Shown here: one piece after another, positions 57,872-64,000 of the stretch | How positions within the stretch are numbered: the first letter of the stretch is position 1 | How the letters are laid out: every line of letters starts with the position of its first letter | Origin: Pseudomonadota bacterium | GTDB taxonomy: Bacteria > Desulfobacterota > Desulfovibrionia > Desulfovibrionales > Desulfovibrionaceae | NCBI GenBank assembly: GCA_043824835.1 | Contig: JBDRSO010000100.1 | Coordinates: forward strand, 3,311-67,310 | DNA length: 64,000 nucleotides | Direction: 5' to 3' | Program-made: the position numbers and the translations under genes | Notes under the pieces: model-generated | What the model was told of the DNA's origin: nothing | What the model saw: only the letters and a program-made list of their open reading frames with translations | Database searches by the model: none

Positions 57872-58014
57872 CCAGGCCTCCTTGCCGTTTCCTTGGTTCC
57901 ACGGGTCGATGATACAGTTTTCGCAACACGGCGCAAAGCCTGTTCACCCATTTGTCGCTTGAGCCCCGGCCCCTGTGATGCTAACCAGTGACCGTCAATG
58001 ACCACGGAGACCGC

Positions 58015-59773
<1,759 letters not shown>

Positions 59774-59775
59774 CC

Positions 59776-60456
59776 ATGCGCCGCCTGCTCGACACTTTCC
59801 TCAGGCTCGTCGGAGCGGTCGCCCTCACCGGGCTGGTCCTGGGCCTCGCCCTGGTGATCGGCGCGGGGTACTGGATGCGGGTCGACGACACCCCGCGGCA
59901 GGCGGACTACATCATCCCCTTGGCGGGAAACGAAGGCAGACTGATCAAGGCGGCCGAACTTATCCACCAGGGCTACGCCCCGGTCATCCTCATGAGCAAC
60001 GCCTACACCCTCCCGCCGTCGCGGCTCGATCATCTGCGCTGGGAGATCGGGTTCCCCAACTACGAAATGGATGAATACCACGCCCGTCTCGCCGCCCTGC
60101 TTGGGGTCGCCGGGGCCATGGGCGGCTCCTTTGGCAACGGCCACATCAGCACCGCGGAGGAGGCAGAGGCGCTCAAGGCCTACCTTGACGGTCGCTCCCC
60201 CCGGCTGCTGCTGGTCACCTCGCCCACCCACACGCGCCGGGCGAAAATGATCTTCGAGGATGTCCTGCCAGAGTGCGAGATTACTGTGGTGGCTACGGAC
60301 GAGGATGGGTTCGACAACGCATGGTGGCGCGACCAGCACATGGCCCAGCACCTCATCCTGGAGTTCGCCAAGACGGCCCACTACCTGCTGGGAGGGGTGT
60401 TCCGGTCGACTGACGATGGCGCGGCCAAGGCAGCCGGTTCCGCTGCCGCCAAGTGA
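59776..60456 (+). CDS. YdcF/ElyC (DUF218) family protein
   Basis: N-terminal TM helix and the DUF218 pattern (DYIIPLAGNEGR...LLLVTSPTHTRRA). Confidence 0.78.
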   Translation: MRRLLDTFLRLVGAVALTGLVLGLALVIGAGYWMRVDDTPRQADYIIPLAGNEGRLIKAAELIHQGYAPVILMSNAYTLPPSRLDHLRWEIGFPNYEMDEYHARLAALLGVAGAMGGSFGNGHISTAEEAEALKAYLDGRSPRLLLVTSPTHTRRAKMIFEDVLPECEITVVATDEDGFDNAWWRDQHMAQHLILEFAKTAHYLLGGVFRSTDDGAAKAAGSAAAK

Positions 60457-60541
60457 CAGGCCATACTATCAAGGGATTGCGTCCACGCCGTCGCACCCGA
60501 GGCATGATGGCATCACGGGCAATGAACAAGGGGTAATAAGC

Positions 60542-61333
60542 ATGACGGCCTATCTCATCGTATTCGCCGCCTCCATCGTCGCGTCTGGACTGACCCTCTA
60601 TTCAGGCTTCGGGCTTGGCACCCTGCTGCTGCCGGTCTATTCGCTCTTTTTTCCCCTTGAGGTGGCGGTGGCCGCCACGGCCGTCGTCCATGGTGCCAAC
60701 AACGCCTTCAAGATCGGCGTGGTCGGAAAATACGCGGACAGGTCCCTTGTCACCCGGTTCGGGATTCCCGCCATCATCGCCGCACTCATCGGAGCGGCAT
60801 TGCTCGGATACGTCGCACATTTTGGCGAAATAGCCCGCTATTCGCTCGGAAGCCGGGAGGCCGTGATCACGCCGATCAAGCTCTCCATCGCCCTGCTCAT
60901 GCTCGTCTTTGCCCTCTTTGAGCTGCTGCCCTCCTTGCGCAAGCTGAAGTTCGACAGGAAATATCTCTTTCTTGGCGGCCTGCTTTCAGGGTTCTTCGGG
61001 GGGTTTTCAGGCCACCAGGGCGCCCTGCGCTCCGCCTTCCTGGCCAAGGTCGGCGTCTCTCCCCAGGCCTTTGTGGGGACCAACGCCGTCATCGGATTTC
61101 TGGTGGATATGGTCAGGATAGCAATGTATGCCATCGCCTTTCTGGTGGCTGGAACGATCGGACAGGTCAGCGCAGCCCGGTGGCCGCTGATCGCCACGGG
61201 AATCGTGGCGGCCTTTGCCGGGGTGCTGCTCGGCAAGCGCTACCTGCACAAGATGACCATGGACAGCGTCCAGGCCATCACAGGGGCCTTCCTGCTTGGC
61301 ATCGCCATCGCTTTAGGCCTTGGGATTGTATGA
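60542..61333 (+). CDS. TSUP (TauE/SafE) family anion exporter
   Basis: Eight-TM protein with repeated G-rich motifs (LYSGFGLGTLLLP, LLSGFFGGFSGHQGALR). Trimmed to MTAYLIVF. Confidence 0.82.
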   Translation: MTAYLIVFAASIVASGLTLYSGFGLGTLLLPVYSLFFPLEVAVAATAVVHGANNAFKIGVVGKYADRSLVTRFGIPAIIAALIGAALLGYVAHFGEIARYSLGSREAVITPIKLSIALLMLVFALFELLPSLRKLKFDRKYLFLGGLLSGFFGGFSGHQGALRSAFLAKVGVSPQAFVGTNAVIGFLVDMVRIAMYAIAFLVAGTIGQVSAARWPLIATGIVAAFAGVLLGKRYLHKMTMDSVQAITGAFLLGIAIALGLGIV

Positions 61334-61413
61334 TATTTGCCTCATGGGCAGTGATCCGACACGAAATCGGCCGCCTTGCGTTGCGGCCCTTGCCGCCCAG
61401 GAACCAACCCTGA

Positions 61414-62826
61414 CTACCCCACCACCTCGCCTCCGCTCGGGTCGCGCTGATCGGCCACCACGCTTTGCGCGGGAGTGAAGGCAGGGTCGGGATAGCGCTC
61501 GGCGCATTCGAGCAGGGTCATGTTGGCCTGACTGGTGACGGCGTCGCGGCCAAGATTCCTGAATAATTCGTCGATGAAGCCGAATTTCTCGGCGAATTCG
61601 CGAAACACCCGGTTCTCGGCGTCCATGTTCACGGCCTTGACCACATCCAGCACCCGCACCTCGTCAAGGGAACGCGCCGGGGCGTAGACCTCCCGGTCTT
61701 GGTCTTCGGTCAGCACCGTATATCCCGCCTTTTGCAGCACCCGAAAGATGTCCGAAACCAGCGTGGCCGGGGCCATGATCCCCTCGGAGATTTCCTCCAC
61801 CGAGGGCAGCGGCTTGCCGTGGTGGAAGCGCTTGGCCAGAAGGCTCATCATCAGCACCGCAATCTTCTGCCGCTCAAAGGGCGTGGCCTTGCCAAAATAG
61901 CGCTGCCTGACAAAGGAATTGAGGTTCTGCCAAGCGTAGCTGACCTCGCAGCCGAGCAGCACCACCAGCCAGCTTATGTATATCCACATGAGCAGCAGCG
62001 GCAGCTGGGCAAAGCTGCCGTAAATGGCGTTGTACTTGGCCGCACCGATCTGCCAATGGATGTAGAACCACTGGGCGGTCTGCCACAGCACGCCGCCCAC
62101 CACGCCGCCCAGGGCCGCCGCCACAAAATGCACCTTGGTGTGAGGAATGAAAGCGTACATGAAGGCCAAGGCCATGGCGATGAGTACATAGGGCGTGGCC
62201 TTGAGAAAGGCCGCCTCCAGCAGACCAATGGCCTCCACACTGAGCAGCCCGGTGACGATCTGCTGTTGTTGCAGACTCAAATTGAAACTCGACGCGATGA
62301 GCAGCACCATCGGGCAGATGACGATGACCGGGAAGAAGTCCGTCACCTTGCGCCAAGTCGAGCGCCCCTTGGTCACGCCCCAGATGGTGTTGAACGCCTT
62401 CTCGATGGTGCCCACCAGAGAGAGCACGGTGAACAGCAGCGTGGCCACGCCCACCCAGCCCAAGGCTTGGACGTTGGTGCGGTCGATGTATTCGATGATC
62501 CTGTCAGCCACCTCGGCCCGGCCAGTGGTCAGCTTGAGGATCAGGGTGCGGATGAACTCGGTATTCTGAAGCCCGAACCCCTTGGAAATGGAAAAGGCCA
62601 CGGCCAGGAACGGGACGATGGACAAGATGGTGGTGAAGGTCAGGGCTGCGGCCCGGATGAGGCACTGGTCCTTGATGAATCCGAAACCAACAAGATAGAA
62701 CAGGCGCGAGACCGACCGCCACAGCCTGACCAGCAGCGGGGTATCCGGCACGTTGCGCATCCAGATGCCTTCGGAAAAGTGACGCTTGATTTCCCTGGCC
62801 TTGCGTTCGATATCTTCCCTGGTCAT
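61414..62826 (-). CDS. YihY/BrkB-family membrane protein fused to a C-terminal Rrf2-like winged-helix domain
   Basis: YihY core (AAALTFTTILSIVPFLAV ... YGSFAQLPLLLMWIYISW). The roughly 155-aa C-terminal part resembles Rrf2 (LPSVEEISEGIMAPATLVSDIFRVLQKAGY...LDEVRVLDVVKAV). Confidence 0.78.
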   Translation of the reverse strand: MTREDIERKAREIKRHFSEGIWMRNVPDTPLLVRLWRSVSRLFYLVGFGFIKDQCLIRAAALTFTTILSIVPFLAVAFSISKGFGLQNTEFIRTLILKLTTGRAEVADRIIEYIDRTNVQALGWVGVATLLFTVLSLVGTIEKAFNTIWGVTKGRSTWRKVTDFFPVIVICPMVLLIASSFNLSLQQQQIVTGLLSVEAIGLLEAAFLKATPYVLIAMALAFMYAFIPHTKVHFVAAALGGVVGGVLWQTAQWFYIHWQIGAAKYNAIYGSFAQLPLLLMWIYISWLVVLLGCEVSYAWQNLNSFVRQRYFGKATPFERQKIAVLMMSLLAKRFHHGKPLPSVEEISEGIMAPATLVSDIFRVLQKAGYTVLTEDQDREVYAPARSLDEVRVLDVVKAVNMDAENRVFREFAEKFGFIDELFRNLGRDAVTSQANMTLLECAERYPDPAFTPAQSVVADQRDPSGGEVVG

Positions 62827-62925
62827 GGCCGCTCCGTATGCTGGTCGAGATCACCCGGTCTCATGATCGCCTTGGACAAAGCCGACCATACCCGGCTTTG
62901 GCACCCGCAGGCAACCCGCCATGTG

Positions 62926-64000
62926 TCATTTGAACAGATCACGCAGGAAATTGAAGGATTTTTCCGGCAGGCTCAGGATGTTGCGCACCGTGTCGTTGAG
63001 AATCCTGTCCTTGGGAATCCTGACCTCAGGGTCAGACAACTTGCCGAATATCTCCATGGTCAGGCTCGGCACGACCACGAAGTCGTTGCGTATGGACAGA
63101 TCAATGGCGTCGTCGGGCAGGCTGAACCAGCCCGAGCCGTAGCTTTGCAGCACCGGGGGTGCCTCCACCCGGAACGTGGTGGCCGTGAACACACCCCGCT
63201 CCACCGCGAACTCGCCCAGCGCCTTCCAAAACACGGTCCGGCGGTCTCTCGGGTCATTGGCCACCTGCCCTCTGGAGAGGTCCTGCGCGGGTGCGGGCTT
63301 GGCATCGTAGCCCGTGAATTTGAAGGACCCGTCGCGAATATGCGCCCGCGCCGCACCTTTCAAGTTGGCCAGGATGTCGTCGTCCGTGCGGCCCGTGCTT
63401 TCAAGGCCGAAGAACACGCCGGTGGTGCCGCGCACATAGTCCCTGCCTGCCATGTCCTCCAAAAGCTGTCCTGCCTGCATCTGATTGATGTTCAGGTGCA
63501 ACTGGACGGCCAAGGAGTCCTGCCCCACCTGCCCAGAAACCTCTCCGGTCAGGGAGCCCTCATGGACCGTGCCCGTGGCATCGTGAACACGGATGTTCCC
63601 TGCGTCCGCCACGACCTTGGCCGAAAACCCCCGCGCCCGCACCTTGCCAAGCTTGAATTCCTCAAACCGCCCCTGGCCGTCGAGGCGCAGGGCGCGCAGG
63701 AATTTCAGGGGCAGATCCACGGGCGGCTTCCGTGTCGCCTTCCCTGTACGCCGTTCCTCCTCGGTAAGCGATGGCGGCCGGTATCTGTCTATGTCGAGCG
63801 CCCCAGCGTCGAACTCGAAGGAGAGCATGGGGTCGTCAAGTCCTGTCCCGACAACGCGGCCCCGGATCGGCATACCATCGAACTGCGCGATCACATCGTC
63901 CAGGGTGAAGCCCTCGGCGTCGAGGGTAAACCGGCTGGCGAAGCTGGCCGCCCCGAGCGCCTCGGGGTCCTTGGTGGCGATGCTTCCGCCGCCCAGCTCT
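62926..64000 (-). CDS. AsmA-family protein, C-terminal part (gene continues beyond the window end)
   Basis: AsmA_2-like C-terminal region. I checked by hand that the reading frame stays open from 63894 to position 64000, so the track's GTG start is an artefact. Confidence 0.7.
   Translation of the reverse strand, partial: ELGGGSIATKDPEALGAASFASRFTLDAEGFTLDDVIAQFDGMPIRGRVVGTGLDDPMLSFEFDAGALDIDRYRPPSLTEEERRTGKATRKPPVDLPLKFLRALRLDGQGRFEEFKLGKVRARGFSAKVVADAGNIRVHDATGTVHEGSLTGEVSGQVGQDSLAVQLHLNINQMQAGQLLEDMAGRDYVRGTTGVFFGLESTGRTDDDILANLKGAARAHIRDGSFKFTGYDAKPAPAQDLSRGQVANDPRDRRTVFWKALGEFAVERGVFTATTFRVEAPPVLQSYGSGWFSLPDDAIDLSIRNDFVVVPSLTMEIFGKLSDPEVRIPKDRILNDTVRNILSLPEKSFNFLRDLFK

Overview
GC-rich bacterial chromosomal segment, with GC3-biased codons and many long antisense shadow ORFs. 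Gene content suggests a sulfate-reducer-like deltaproteobacterium (Desulfovibrio-type): a 60-aa ferredoxin, a two-subunit 2-oxoacid:ferredoxin oxidoreductase, a fused AccA/AccD carboxyltransferase and a sigma-54-type promoter. This taxon call is inference only. I support about 55 protein genes and found no tRNA, rRNA, CRISPR array, transposase or integrase. The window is mostly core housekeeping. In order it holds: a DMT transporter; a DUF1499 lipoprotein; ferredoxin; a tolC/ABC/hlyD type I secretion operon divergent from a CHASE2 adenylate cyclase; a flavoprotein oxidoreductase divergent from a biotin carboxylase plus fused carboxyltransferase; an EAL-CBS-GGDEF protein; ettA; OFOR alpha and beta; ferritin; a dnaX-ybaB-recR-recD2 operon; ilvE; an aminotransferase-hom-ApgM-like-thioesterase operon; a BMP-type nucleoside ABC importer with gpt, a dGTPase-like gene and glk; an orphan motB-motA pair; maf; an FkbM methyltransferase; lysE; pgpA; tolQ-tolR-tolA-tolB-pal; a PHP/BFN-nuclease/miaB cluster; a three-kinase cluster; cutA; nth-tgt-ydcF; a TSUP exporter; a YihY fusion; and a partial asmA. 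Many track ORFs carry false N-terminal extensions. I trimmed these to internal starts using Shine-Dalgarno context and family-typical N-termini. I found no unambiguous new multi-gene system such as a defence island. The best candidates for undescribed biology are: (1) a translationally coupled APH-fold kinase plus P-loop kinase next to a PfkB kinase; (2) an orphan stator pair in inverted motB-motA order behind a good sigma-54 promoter match; (3) an unannotated 25-codon membrane peptide beside an AT-rich patch at the window start; (4) a BCCP-less, atypical biotin carboxylase/carboxyltransferase pair. All family calls rest on motif recognition by eye. No database search was run.
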